This document shows positions 1 to 14,200 of a DNA stretch of 64,000 bases, piece by piece. Positions within the stretch are counted from its first letter, which is position 1; each line of letters starts with the position of its first letter. Position numbers and translations under genes: made by a program. The DNA is from Perna viridis (Eukaryota): positions 42,388,500-42,452,499 of the forward strand of contig CM074517.1 of NCBI GenBank assembly GCA_037379345.1. The letters run 5' to 3'. The notes beneath the pieces are model-generated. The model was not told the DNA's origin, ran no database searches, and was given only the letters and a program-made list of their open reading frames with translations.

Positions 1-224
1 GGATTCAAAATTCAGGACGAAAGTTTGGAAAGATTCTTTTACATTAACCTTAAATATTTTACATGTATTAGTTATTCTGTAAATGAATTAGTTTTCAGGG
101 TTTCTGACAAGTGAACATACTTGTGGGTTTCAGTTTTCATTGTTTCAAAAAATAATGTTATATAGTGTTTAATCTATTTCATGGATACTAGTTTTTTAGG
201 CTTTTCTGTCCACACTGTAATCAA

Positions 225-406
225 TACTGTGAAAATATTTTTATTTGTGGGTACCTATTTTCATGGTTTAGGGAAAATTATTAGCTCATTGATTCTTGAG
301 TTAATGGATTTTACAACTCTATCATACTAATGAACGTAATTTTTCTTTTTCTAAGGGAACCAAGTTCAATGGTTTACCAAACCCACGAAAATTTACTTCC
401 ACAGTA
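225..406. mobile_element. Short non-autonomous DNA transposon (TACTGT...ACAGTA-type MITE) in KANSL1 intron
   Basis: Ends TACTGTG (225) and CACAGTA (406) are inverted. TA at both ends suggests Tc1/mariner-type insertion. Internal GTGGGT.../ACCCAC motifs. Confidence 0.4.
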
Positions 407-950
407 ATTGTTATTCTGTGTAGATATTAATTTTTTGTGGATTCTGTCTAGTTAACATATTAGCTGGTACCAGTTTTTCAAAGTTTCAAAAAACAATTAG
501 TGTAATTAAGTGTTAATACCAAAAATCAATTTTTTGGTACAATTTTTGTGCTTTTTAACCGTGAAAATAGCCAAAATTAATATTTTTACAATGTTCCATA
601 ATTGCAGGCAGTTCTTTGTTGGCTCGAGAGGTTAAGAATTAAAAATAATGTTCACCAAAATTTAAAGAGGTGCTGTCAAGACTTAAACACTGGTTTTCTC
701 ATACCTGTTAACCTTAGGAACAGTTCATGTTGGAGATAGCCCAATGCGTGTGTAAAGTGAAAAAACATCAATAAGATCTTCAGACCAGCCTAATAATACA
801 ATTATTTTAGCGAACATTCAATTAAGGTGCTAAATGAATAAAAGTTGGACCTTCTGAGTAAACTTTGGGAAAAGTAATTTTTTTTACTTGGCAGCATAGT
901 TTATGATGAAGTCAATTTTCTGAGCTTCACTTTTTTTGTTTCCTTTTCAG

Positions 951-1964
951 ATGGAGAGCGTTGGATTCTGAAGATAACTGTGATAATTTACACTGTGATG
1001 AAGAGGTAACTATAGTATTCTGTTATGAAATCTCGTGTTTTATATAGTTCTTCCCATAAAATGCACAGAAAAAAATGTTTCTCCATTCATAAAAAAATCT
1101 TATATTAAGATGTATTTTTTTAATTATTTTTATGTAAAAAATTATGGAGAAAGAAAGATAAATCCACTTGGTAACACATGAGAATAAAAGTTTGTTAAGG
1201 TCATGGTAGGTGAGGCTATTTATGTGTTTTAGGAATTGACATTAGTCCTCATTATACTAGTTTTTAAAAATGAAGTGAGTACATTAATAAAGAAAGTTCT
1301 GTATTTGAAATGTCTTTTACAGTAATAACCATTTAAAGTACAATTAGCTACTAAGTGGACGATATTTAGAAAGTTAATGGTAAATCATAAACAAATCATT
1401 AATTTTGTATTGCAGGTTGAGGAATTAACAGATGAAGCTTTTCAAACCCGTCATTATTTAAGTGAAGTGCAGGAAAGAAAAAGGTTTTCCAACTTTGTAC
1501 AATATCCCAGCAGAAGAAGTAGAAGCTCTCGAACAGACAGTGGTCCAACATCAGATACTGCTACACAAGATGGCCCTGAGGAGACATTCCGTAGAAGGAG
1601 TAGCTCAGCAGCCTCAATTCGTAGTGCAAGTTTTTCATTAGAGGACAAAGATTTGGAATTTTATGATTCGCACGTGATAGAACCTTGGGGAGAAAGAGCT
1701 TTTCCTCTGTCAGAAGAGGAATACAGCATAATGTTGAAGGACCAACCCCAGTTCATAGAGCCCAGGAGGAGACGCAGTTCAGCACGAGTATCATTATCTG
1801 AATCTTTTGGAGGAAAGACTGAAGAGGAAGGTATGACTGGTGATAACTTGCCAATTTCACCTCTGGGTAGTGTAAGCTCACCTTCTATTGCAGGTGATGA
1901 TCCTAATGACCCTGAATGGTCTGTGGAAGTTGGGGAGAATGGAACATCAAAATCTAGAAGATGA
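951..1964 (+). CDS. KANSL1: KAT8 regulatory NSL complex subunit 1, 3' end (last two coding exons 951-1005 and 1416-1964; gene starts upstream of window)
   Basis: tttcag|exon 951-1005 (WRALDSEDNCDNLHCDEE)|gtaac, then tgcag|exon 1416-1964 (VEELTDEAFQTRHYLSEVQERKRF...EPWGERAFPL...TGA). This matches the PEHE-domain pattern WR...IEDLSDAAF..H...E..ER and the downstream PWE.RTFPL motif of KANSL1. Phases are compatible. Confidence 0.85.
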
Positions 1965-4891
1965 AAATTGTCGGCTTGATAGGAAAGGTATTTTGAAAGT
2001 AAAGCATAATTTGCTTTTATGTAGCAAGGATTGGAACCACCTGGAACTTTGCTCAGTCTTGATTGAGAAGAAGGGAATCCATGGAATGCGCACATTAATG
2101 GGCAGGAACAAAACTGTAGATAGTGCTGGATGAATATTGTACAAGTGCTCTAAAGAAATGTCGGCGATAAGTGCTTTTGTGACTGTCACTAAGTTGACTT
2201 AATGTAGAAATAAAATGTGGTTGGATCTCATAGACTTTATGGCACAAATATTTTTTTTTAGGTTTAATCAAATTGTCGATGGGAAATATGATTTATCATA
2301 TTTCTTAAAAATCATGTTGATCACATCTCTAAAACATAAACATGTACATTGTACTGAATGTGATAGTTTCATGTTGGAAGGTTGTACATGTACATTGTGA
2401 ATTTAAAAAAAAATATTTTGATCATTGACCCTATGGCCTTTGACCTTTTTCATTGCCTTATTTAAAACTCAGTTCTTTTTTTCTGTTTTTTGCCAGTTCA
2501 AGAACGAAATTTTCATTAAGAGAGGTCCAAGATGTTTTGAAAGATATAAGCTTGTCTTTGCCTAGGGTCATATTAGTTAATCTGTCATAGAAATGTGATA
2601 ATTTATTCTTTTGTTTTTGTTTACAAAAATCAGTGACTCACTCTTGGAAAGGTTAAGGAAAAGGAAATAATCGAGGCAATAAAAATCTTACCTACATAAT
2701 TAGGTTGAAAGAAATTTATTAAAATGACATGTTAAATTATTTTGAAATTCTAGTATTGGGTTAATTTCATATATAAATATATATATAATCATTATTGATC
2801 ATGATAATGCTTAAATTTACCTGAACAATACATTTAAATCTTTATTTCTGAATATGATAAACATAATTTTATTTTTCATTGCAATTTCACTTAAAGCTTT
2901 TAGGCAGCATGTTTCCACATTTTAGGTTGGTGCATTTGTAACCATTTATTGAGGAATTTGAAGATATTTTTTATGTGTGCACTCTGTGAGCAAGATGCTT
3001 CTTTCATAATTATTTGAGGGTAGTCATTTACATTTTCTTTAATTGTTAGTTTTTTTAATAATGAAGAAGATAACAATTAAGTAGACTTGTCATAAGAATC
3101 TTGCAAAATGTGATTCATGGTTGGAAAGCCTACATATTTTTATTTTTGATATTTTGTTTAAAATGTCATAGTTAACAGAAAATAACGTGGTTTTTCATAT
3201 AACCCTTGTTCATAGGAGATGAAAAAAATTATGTAGAAAGTACTGTAGAATTTAAAATTAAGGGAGATAACTATAAATGATGCTAAAATACACTAGAAAC
3301 TATCAGATTTTTCATGTGGATTATTTCCTACGAGCACAGATTGGAATGAATAATTATACATTTTATCATATAAACCTATAAAGGTAATTATAACAAAGAT
3401 AAAAATGTAGCCTTTTTTATGTGTAACACATTTTACAGAATTTGCATGATTCTTACAAAGACTGCTACTTAATGAATGTAACATGCATTGACAGAGTTGT
3501 CTGCCCTTGAAATGTTCATTTTCAGTGCATTTCAATGAATTTACAACTATTTATGGATATGGAAAATCTTGTCTTATTTCCTTGATTCTGATGGTGCAAA
3601 TAATCGAATTTAAATTTTCAAAATGGTTGATTTTTCATACTATTTTTCACCCACTGCCTGGTTCTTACAGGGAATGACACTTAATAGATTAATGTAATGT
3701 TCATTGACACATTGGCCTAAATATATGTTTGTTTCCTGTCAACATGTCACTGATTTCTTTGAATCTGCCAACAGTTGCAATAATTTTTTAGACTTGGAGC
3801 ATGCTTAAATTTTTATTTCTGTGAAAAAAGATCTGACAATTGTGATTCCTGTATTTCAGTACCTGTAACTAGTGTTTTCTGAATTGATGTCTTCCGTGCA
3901 TTAGGCATGTTTGACCTTATGACCCATTTTTTTTCACTGAATTACACTTTTTATCATGGAAGCAGGAAGCAAGTGCATGTCCTTTGGTCATTTCTTGTTA
4001 TAAAAAATGTTTTAAATAGATATTGTAGCATAGAAACAAATATTTTTTATCCATATTTTTTGGAAAAAAAATGATACTGTAAAGGATGAAAAGAAATTAA
4101 ATAAATTTAATAGAAAAAAGTCCTCTTCAGTCATGGTGGAATGTTGCTGTTTGACTGAGTCTTATAAGCTTTATGCCAAGCTATATTGGTGTTCAAATAC
4201 ATTATATCAGTTGAGTTATTCATTGAAAAAAAGCAACAAAAAAAAAAGAGATCTATATGTGGAAGACTTAAATTGTGATTTTATGCTAAATGTACTTATA
4301 TTGTAACATTTGAGATACAGTCCTTATCGATATTCACCAATTTTCCTGTCTTAATATGAAGAATAGAATTATAACTGTATTAAATTGTTCCAGGAATGAA
4401 TGATTTTTAACATGATTTTTAAAGGCCGATTATGTTTATTGATTGCAAAGTATTTATGAATTAGTACAGATCTTTAGTTTTTATTTTAATAGATTTTTCT
4501 TTTCGTCATATTTTGGAGAGGGCATTCCTGATGTGCAGTTCTTTGTTTTAGTTTGAAAATATTTTACTGTTTCTTAACAAGAGGAGGTAACTCCAGACCA
4601 ATAATTATGTTCATTGCAGTTATTGTTCTTGGTACAATGTATATTGGTAGTTTGTCTACATGAATGAATATTTGGATCACATTTTTTCTCAATTTAGAAT
4701 CATGTTTATTTTGGTTGCTTTTCACATCATCTGTGTCAAGGAAGGACTTACCTCCCCTGAATCATGTTACACAAATATATATTTGTTATTGTTTTTTTTT
4801 TTTTTTTTTTTTTGTTTATGTTGTATATTATTTGTACAGACAATGTATAGTTGTACAGATGTACATAACTGTTTCTCAGAACTTTGTAAAA

Positions 4892-4897
4892 AATAAA
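4892..4897 (+). terminator. Probable KANSL1 polyadenylation signal (3'UTR ~2.9 kb)
   Basis: AATAAA preceded by a dense run of TGTA motifs and a U-rich tract (4780-4890) and followed by TTTTGTTG. An alternative AATAAA lies at 2208-2213. Confidence 0.5.
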
Positions 4898-5420
4898 GCC
4901 CTACAGAAACATTGAATGCAACCATTTTGTTGAATTTGCCACGTTAAGATTTTGTCAAAATACACTTATTAGAAACAGATAGTTTGTTATTATGGTTTGA
5001 TAATGTTATTTCATGGTTTGGGTTGTCATTATCACTAAGTTATATTGACAAATGAAATGAACAAACATAATTTAAAGCAGAAATACAAGCTTTCCAAGTA
5101 CACCAGTAATTTTCTTCACATTGATTTGATGGATCTGATGATGCAATTATTTCTCCAGGGTATTCTGCAGTATTCTCTCAATAAATATGGAAAAAAGCAC
5201 AGGTCAGGTGTTCACTAGAAAAATTCAAGTTCGTGCTGTTTTGGCCCTGGAAAAGCATGTCTACTTGAAATTTGTAACGCAATCAAAAATAATTCTGTGC
5301 ATGACCAGATCGATACAAATCTCGTTAGAAAAAACAGGTGTGCCTCCTTGTACATGACAGTAGTGATTTTCTATTATCAACGACTTTGAAAGTAGTATCA
5401 TTAAAAATAAATAAAAAACA

Positions 5421-5526
5421 AGAAAAAAAACAACGGATTATAAATAAAAAGCCAGAAAAAAAAACCCAACGGATTATAACTAAAAAACCAGAAAAAAAAA
5501 CCAACGGATTATAAACAAAAAATCAG
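5421..5526. repeat. Minisatellite, 3 copies of ~35 bp
   Basis: (A)n-CAACGGATTATAA-n-AAAA-(G/A)CCAG unit repeated three times. Confidence 0.85.
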
Positions 5527-6499
5527 TACATGTACTGTTCATAAGGTAGAGGAAGGAATTGATCTCTTATCACATTATCTGTTTCTAAAGTTAAGGGACC
5601 AAGAGTTTGTACAGGCATTTCCTGTGGTAGAGAGCAGCTGTTAATTGGTAGGCTGAAGTACTTAGTTACAATTTGAAACCAGAAATTCAAGCTTCATTAA
5701 GAATTACTGGATCTGCAGGTCTACCAATGACATTTAATTGAGTATACACCTTCCTGTAAATACAAGTCAGTGAAACAATTGCATGAATCAACATGATGCA
5801 TTTCAAGTGGTAGATAAAAATACCACAATACTTTTTGCGAAACAAAAAAGGATCTTTATTTAAAGGGATTATACATTTGGCAAATAAGTGTGCCTGTCAA
5901 ATCATGGTAAGCACTAACTTCAGATTGTGCTGAAAATCCTAATCAGTATTATAACTACTTCATTGTGTCAAGTTTGAATAACATCCTTTGAAAAGCTGGA
6001 AACCACACAAGAAAACGGAATCAAATCTTTCAATTTGTTCTCTGGTTATTTTGAAACTAAGGAGGACACCTTAAACTAGTGGGATTCTGTGGAAAATTTT
6101 TGTAGAACATGTATGTGATGCCTGAAAAATTATTAGATCTATTGTATTTAGTTATTATTTGGAAACAACCCAAGGCTGGGGTTAGTGCCGCAATGCTGCT
6201 GGAAACGTTTAGTCTTCCATAAAACAATATTTAAAATAATTTTTAATGCCATTAGTAATCCTGCTCAATCTGATTACGGCACTGTAATCGGTCCGATAAA
6301 TGCAGAAAGCCAGTGAACTTATTTTATTGAATGATTTCTGCTTTTCCACCTCGTGCATCTGGCATGACCTCTAATGATATATTTGATGAGCTATTCATAA
6401 GAGAAATGAATGGTATACAGTCAGTTTTCCTTGACTATTTTGAAAAAGTGAACCTTGCTAGTCATTTCAAATGGGCTTTTTGGAGAGAGAAATCTAATA

Positions 6500-7410
6500 T
6501 ACAACACTTGTGAAGAGTTGGCATACCAGTATTCTTAGAATCATTGGATAGTCCAAAACATTTTTTAGTTTTAAGGACAGTTTATATCTTAAAACTAAAA
6601 CCCTAATTAAAAAACTAATGAATGCTCCTAAATTTACAGATTTAAATATTTCTTACTATGTGTTGTCAATGTACTCTGGGGGAAACTAAAACCAGAAAAT
6701 TTTTTTTGAGGCCTTAAAAGCCTTTAAATAGGACAACAATTCATAAAATATGTAATGTCTCATCTGGCTTATTACATATTTGCTATATTGTACCAAATAG
6801 ATAAGTGGAGATAACTCTACTTAATGGATGGATAATAATAATTATTTCTTATGATGTAATCCATTGATTTCATTGTAAATGGCTCTCGTTTGTAAAATAT
6901 TGCAATAAAATGCTTCATGTCTAATTAAAGAAGCTTGACAAATATTGGCCACAGGAATGATTTGATTACTTTTTTTTTAAAGGAGCACTACAAAAGAACA
7001 TTTCAATGTCTTTTATGATTAATGAATAAAACATCTGCATACTGCAATCAAATGATAAATACATTACTGGTTACAGTGTCTTACTGACCTATTTTACTTT
7101 TGTTCCATTGGGTAACTAGCATGCTCTGCAACAAATGTATCCTTTTAACTTTACTGATTAATGTTTTGTTACATTGATCACGTATCATTTGCAGTATAAG
7201 TGGTATACTTCTTGAGAAAAATCCTTTAGGGTCAACTGCTTGATTTTTTTTTTTGAAGGTAATTGAGTGGGAACATTTAATGGCATCTGGTTGAAATTTT
7301 GGTTTAAATGTCTCAATCGTGGTCTCAGTATTCTGTCCATTTTCATTCACCTTGTTGGTTTTGATTGCATTGTCTGAATGGATAGTCACCATATTAATCA
7401 ACTAAAAGGG
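6500..7410 (-). mobile_element. Decayed L1/Tx1-type LINE, ORF2 C-terminal region
   Basis: Minus-strand frames give HSDNAIK..VNENGQ...IETFKPKFQ (cf. W..GI..I.DL..ENG....F..KF), SRSIP, then HPLSRVISTYLF...ICNKPDETLHIY...IFW (cf. the zf-RVT-type LHR.I.T..L....C..C...ET..H.F....FW motif). Interrupted by stops and frameshifts. Motif recognition by eye only. Confidence 0.5.
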
Positions 7411-7672
7411 AACTAAATCTAGAGAATAACTAAATCAGAGACTCCCAGTGACACAGAATTATACTCCATCAATGGATGACGTCACTTGACTAATGAAATA
7501 CCTTAAATTATTCAGGGCGATGGGAAATATCAACTTAATTGTGATATTTCTGTTGTAGTGTTTTTTTTTTTCCTTCCTTCAGAAATATTGTAATAAATAA
7601 CACTTTATGGGATAATTTCCAGACAGTTCAATACCTATCTACGAAAAAGGTAAAAATTCAAATATGCAACCA

Positions 7673-7678
7673 TTTAAT
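7673..7678 (-). terminator. Probable polyadenylation signal (ATTAAA) of the dynein heavy chain gene
   Basis: ATTAAA on the - strand ~540 nt after the stop, followed by GT/T-rich sequence. Confidence 0.4.
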
Positions 7679-8213
7679 ACGAAAGAAAAACAATCTGTAA
7701 ATAAAAAATAAAATCTGAAGGAACACAAATTGCAAAATCACATTAAATATAAATTTCAAATAAATACAGTTTGCAATAAATATTGAAATATAAATTACTG
7801 AGATCCAACTATCCTGACAAATGTAGATTTCTTTGGCACAATTGATAAAAAAAAGGATGCTAGGCAATGAAAATTTCCACTGAACACAAAATGATGTAAA
7901 TAACTTGAAACATAAACAAATCAAGAAAATAAATGTCTGAAGACATGCATGCAATAACACCACATTGTTTATAACAGAAATATGTTTGAATAAATAATAA
8001 TGCAACAAATAAATAACCTAAAGTAAACAAATATATAAACCTATCTTTGCAATGCAGGAACAAAATAAAAATTATTAAAAAAAATATCATGTCTTTACAT
8101 TTAAAAAACTTTCAATGGACGGAATGCAACAAGGGAACTTAGCTATGATAAACAAAAAATAACATTGTCATTAATGACAATCAAAATATACAAGTGGCTT
8201 GAAGAAATAATGT

Positions 8214-11200
8214 CTAAACTTGAAGTAAGAGGGCTACTCCACCAAGAACCCATTTACTAGCTTTCTCCTTTGATTTCAAATTAAATGTCCATACATAAGT
8301 TGGTCCTCTGCTCTTTGTCTTGTATACTGGACATTCATACACATTTCTAGCATCCATACGATCAACAGGGATGGCTTTGATGAATATGACAGGCATTGTA
8401 CAAGCCAATTCCTTGAGACGAGCCTCAGCAATCATTCCCGTCTGAAGATCCCACCTAGCTCCTTCCATAAAGAGCCCATGGACATAAGCTCCTTCACGTG
8501 GAGGCCCTGTCATATCTTCACGATTTTTCTTTGTGACATCACACTGTAATGCCATACGATCCAGAGGCCATTCATTTTTACGAGCCATTTGTTGCATGAT
8601 GGCTGTAAGGAAGGATTGAGGGTTGAAGAATCCACCTAACCACACAGCTGCAGGCAAGTTAAAATCACCTGTCCAATTCTCCAGTTCTTTTATTCTCAAC
8701 AACAGATCTGCATACCATGCTGCCAAACCAAACAAGGATGGATAAGCTCTCTTAGCCCAACTGGCTGGTATGGAGTCCAAATACAAGGCATTTCCCAAGT
8801 TCTCCATCTCAGCCGTTATTGTTAGCTCACCCTGCAAAAGACAAATCACAAAATAAAGACTGTTAACATACATTGTAGAAATGAATAATAAAAAAAAATT
8901 AAATATCTTCAAAATAAAAAGCATTTCATAGTTTAAACTTTTTATTTTAAAAGTATTTTGGTTAGTATAATTTGTAGAAAAAGAGTAAGGACCATAAGCA
9001 CAACAACATAAACTAGGATGAAGCTGTGAAAACAAGGGCCAAAATAAGTTCACTCAATGAAAAAAAAAAATGTTGAAGGGCAACTCAGGAGGCAGTTGAC
9101 AACAGTTTACCTTTAATCCAAGATCAAGTTCCTTCAAAGAACGCCTGATTTCACTGGTCAGTAGATTCATTCTTTCACATTCCTGGAAAGCCACTACAAT
9201 GTAGGGAGTTCTCTCTTCCACTGGAACCTTTGACATTATTTCAATCATATTGAATTCTTCTGGTAGTTTTTCCAAGATCTCATCCAAAATGCCTTTTATC
9301 TGCAAAGTTTAAAGAATTAGATGATATTTTATTTCAAGCATTACTCCTTTTTTTATAAACTGTAAAGATGTATCTACCATATTTCTTTGTGTTTTGTTTT
9401 TTGCTGTCTATATGGCTTTCAATAGTAACTATTTGATTAATGCGAATTTCTTTAGGTTGATAAAAAATATACTTTATACTTAGACCTAACAAAAAAGTAT
9501 GTACCTTTGTGATCACCTATCAAACCTTAGACTTTTTCCAACAAATATTGCTCCAGAGAGATATTTTAATTAGTTCAACCTCTAGTTTACTTCAGAAAAT
9601 TGTAAACAAATAATGTTTAAACCTGCACAAGAATGTGTCAGTTTGACAAAAACTTTTATCAATGGTGGCTTGAAAAAAAAAAAAAAAGACCACCATTAAT
9701 TTGAACTTTATGTAATACATTGTTAATCTTCTTACCTTCTCTTCCCTACTAACACCAGCTGATCCACCACCTCCAGCATCTCTCGGCTGCATTTCAAACA
9801 CAGTTCTAAACAGATTTTCAGATAATGTGGTCAAGAATTCAATCTCAGCATTGGGATGGAGACCATAAAGATATGGACTTTCTGGTGGTAGGCATTCATC
9901 TATATAAGCATGGTAACCTTTGTAATCTGTATTTGGTGGTGATGGGAATCCAGGTGCAAGGTATAACTCACCATCAAGCTGAAATTAAAACATTTCAGTT
10001 AATAACTAATGTTAAATCAAGTATTAGAGAAATATGATTCCACATAACATCCCTAGATATCATGATATCACCAAAAAATGCTGCTACACAAAATAAGTAA
10101 TAATGATTGCACATAAAAAAATATATTTAGTTAAAATTTGAAAAATTCTTCCAAAGAAAGATATAAAAACACACTTTCAATTAACATAGAATATAAATTG
10201 GCTGTCTTGATTGTGAAAAGGCTTTTTAATATATCCTTACCATACATGAGTCCATGTAAACTTCCAGGTAAGTTTTATCCAGCCTTCTGTCCCAGTCATC
10301 GGTGATATGACCTCCATACATAATCTCCCCAAACAGATACCTAAGGTCTTCCCATGGTACCTTTGAGTTAGCTTCCAGGTAGTTATACAATACCATGGCA
10401 CTGATAGTTAAATCTCCATTGTTGAATGGATAAGATCTGTTCCAACCCTGTGGACCAAACTTCCGTCTCTCACAAACAACAGCGTGGAAATAGCAAAGAG
10501 AGAACAGGATACTCTTGAATTCTGTTTCCTTCGAACACTGTTCTAAACTATCCTGAAATAGATTCCAATGATAAATTATCTTCATGCTGGTAGATCGTTA
10601 ACATTTGGCCTTTAAAAATATCTTAATATCTGAATGTTCCATTTTTATCTCTTTCAACATGCTGATACATTTGTAATGCCACAATTACAGTGAGTTTTTA
10701 AGGGTTATTTTAAAAAAAAAAACAAAAAAAAAACCATCTAAAATGATGTAAATTTAACATTAAAAACTTGTCATCCCAATACAAAAACCAACGATACCAT
10801 TATTATAGTTTTCATACCTGATTAAAGTTATCCAGTGCTTTATGCAGATTAGCAAACATTCCAGTTGGAGGCTCATTGGTGATTTTAATTGCACTCTCTA
10901 GAATTCCCTGTGGCATGATATGCGACTCAGGTGTTCCAGCAGGCTCAGCACTGATAAATACACGATAATCTGGATGACTGCTCTCACTGTATTTTTCCAA
11001 CTTTTTCTCTAGTGTTGGCAACCATTTAGCGACCAAATGGACATTCTAAAAGAGAACATTTTTTATCACTCATGGGTGCAATTATTTTAGAAAAAAAAAA
11101 AAACGTGTAATAGAAAAGAAGACGACTGACACAAGGAAAAGGAGATAATTGATAGCATAAACAAGTTTATATCATCATGGAAAATGAGTGCTATTTTGTG

Positions 11201-14200
11201 TAAAATTTTGACCTTCCTTCAACTCAATAAGAATCATAACATTGTCCTGTTGTTAAAGAATGATCTTAATTTGAAAAAAAAAAAAAAAAATTTTGAATTG
11301 TAAAATTGGTCACAAATCATGATGTCAACAAGCATTTTTTAAAATATATTAGCAATTAAGGTCATGACTGGAACCTTTATGACAGTTTTAATAATTAATT
11401 TCATTATTATCAAACCTCCTGCCCCAATGAGAAACGCAAGCAATATCTTTTCACATATTTATACTCATGTACTCACCTCAAGGACAACCCAGTGCCCCTC
11501 CTCAGCAGATAAATCCATAGCTCTCTCAGCAACAATTTCTTGACCTTGTCCAAGAGAGATAATGTGAAAATTTCCATTATCTTCTGTAAAACCAATCTTT
11601 TTGCCATGCATTTCTACATCTTTGAGAGGATTGACACCAGCAGATAGGATGAAAAATATTGGTGTAGCTGGTCCAGATTCTTCAAAAGACTTGGCAAACT
11701 CTACACCAGCACCACTTGTGTATTTCCCACCTAATTTTTCCTCTACAAAATGTCTGAAAAAAGTACAAAGAAATGTATACATATTAACAGTGTTATCAAT
11801 TAAAATTTAATAACTTTCGGTGATTTCGACAACCTGTTTGGCTATACATTATTAAAATTATAAAGTAGCAGTCTTTGTAAAAATCAAGCAAATTCTGTAA
11901 TCTATGATACACCCCAAAAATGCTTCACAATTTTATTTTTGTTATTAAGTTGTTTTATGGGTCTATATAATGATATGAATAATCATCCATTCCAATCTGT
12001 CTGTTCTTAAGGGATAATTCACATAGTAAATTCAAAAGTGCCTATTGTACTTTAGCATCATTCACAGAGTTATCGTCCTTAATTTTGAGTTTTACGGTAT
12101 ATTCTATATAATTTTTACCATCTAAAAGGGGTTATATGGAAAGCTACATGGTACTTTCTGTTTAGTGTAAAATTTTGAACAAAATATCAAAAACATTTCC
12201 AACCATGAATCGCATTTTGCGAGATTCTTATCTGGAGTACTACTTTGAATTCTGTGTAAAAATATCGCACGTGCCACCCAATTTATCAGCTTGCTTCATT
12301 TATAGGTAAAGTGGTAATTATTTCTGATGAAAACATGATAAAAATGTAATACGGTACTGGGAATGCAGTAGACAGAAAGCCAAGGTATACTTACGTAACA
12401 GCATAAGTCATTCTGTCAGGTCTAAGAGCTCTCATCATACACAGCTTCTGAAGTGAAGTTTTATTTTTCCATTCCTGGGGGAACTTCTCTTTCTCAGGAG
12501 CTTCACTTTCAACAAACTTCTTCCATCTTTTGGCAGAACCTTCAATGTCTCGATCCAAATTTCTGAATTCATCCATACTTGACATGGCCTGATAGAAAAG
12601 ATATTGTTATAATAGTTAAAATGTGTGGATAATACATAGATGTCCTGCCATTCAGCTTTTTAAGTTTCATGTTCCTCCTTAAAGAAACCAAATAAGATTA
12701 CAGTATACTGTAAAATCAGAGATATTGTGAGTAAGTCATTTTAAGACATGATGTGACTTTTAATTTTTGCATCACCAAGAACTATTGGGTTTAAGAAATG
12801 ATAGAACTTTCATAATGCGAGATTTTAAACTGTGATAGGAAACAAATTACATTCCTCCCAATAAATATACCAAATCAACATTGCATTCGTTTTTGAGTTT
12901 ACAATGCTGATTTTCTTCATATTTATATCATACTATTCAGAATATTAACTATTACAATATTTTTATAAACTTTTTTTTGTATGCTCATGTTATTGTAAGT
13001 GTTATTTAATGAACTGTGATCTCACTAATCTAATTTTATTTTACCTTGATTCCACCCCAACTGTTGTTGCTCATGAAATCAACTGGGGAAGTTACATTCG
13101 GAACAGCTGGGAATCTCAACAAGAAATCCAGTTCTGAACTGCTTATCTCTTTGCTGGCTAACAAGATCTATAATATACAAAATTTGACGTATATCCATAA
13201 ACTTTTCTTTTGTTGAAATATTACTTTAATTTAAACAGTGGATAATTTGGTTAATAAATATTTTCTATACAAAAACATTAATGCTTTGCAAGTCTTGCCA
13301 ACTTTAGCACTAATTTACTTAACTTATCAATCTTTTGGTTTAATTTATATTACAGGTAATACCAAACCAGCATTCTTTCTTTTTGTGTTTATATAGATTG
13401 TATCAAACTTACTTGGAATGTCATTTGTGCAGTGAAGATAATTTTGTCTTTTTCAAACAATCCTCTAGCAGTATACATGAATACAGAGTAGTTGATACAG
13501 TCAATGAGATTATCCACCCTTTGTTTGACTTCCTCAGCTGGTTCTGCTTTGTCTATAGCCATCTCAAATACCACACTGAATGCCTGAATTAAGCAAAAAA
13601 TAAATAGAAACTTCACTCAATATCAAATCATGAGAAATCTGAGTTTGGTTCACACAGGTCCAAATACATATTTAAAAGAATTTTCATACCAGTATTGTTT
13701 AGGAAGGTTTCATTTTATAACATTCTCGTGAAATATTTGTTGTTTCTTTGAAATTACTAAAGATTTTCTAAATTTGAGTTCACTGTTATAAGTGTTGTGC
13801 ATTTGAATTTGGTGTACTGTTACTCTTAATTTCAATTTTGAAATCATCATTATTTGTGTGTAAAGTAGCAGCTGTTGCCAACCTTAAAATCATTTCATTT
13901 TTAAAATAATAAAAAAAAAAGTAAAATGTCTTTTCAATTAAATTACCTTCAATGAGAACTGGTACATTGGATGGATTTTATTGAGATCATTCAGGATGAA
14001 GTACAACAGTGAAGCTCTAGCTGCGGCAGGCCTGTAATGTTCTCTAGCTGTGTTGATTTCCACTTCAGTTTTCTTGGCTTGGGCAGCCTTCACTTCTATC
14101 TCAGCAGCAGTTCTCTTTGTAGTCTCCAAATTCTCAACCAATGCATAGTCTCCTAGGAAATTACCTTCAGCAGCTGATAAACGAGCAAGGAGGGAATCTT

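Noticed and set aside
1377-1415. ATG at 1377 as start of a 195-aa single-exon gene
   Set aside because: 1377-1415 is intronic (ends TTGCAG); homology continues in the upstream exon 951-1005.
1661-2095. 144-aa antisense ORF over the KANSL1 last exon
   Set aside because: Shadow of a Ser/Arg/Glu-rich coding exon; no recognisable domain or independent splice structure.
6331-6513. 60-aa plus-strand ORF (ISAFPPR...) vaguely like an SGNH/LINE ORF1 motif
   Set aside because: Too short, preceded by an in-frame stop, and the similarity is too weak to support.
5686-6686. Possible small minus-strand exons (5686-5753, 5824-5892, 6657-6685) forming an orphan gene
   Set aside because: Splice-like sites exist, but the phases do not join into a convincing ORF, and the 6657-6685 piece fits the LINE fossil.
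7658-8090. Hydrophobic 116-aa and 76-aa minus-strand ORFs
   Set aside because: They lie in the T-rich dynein 3'UTR; the F/I/L bias is compositional.
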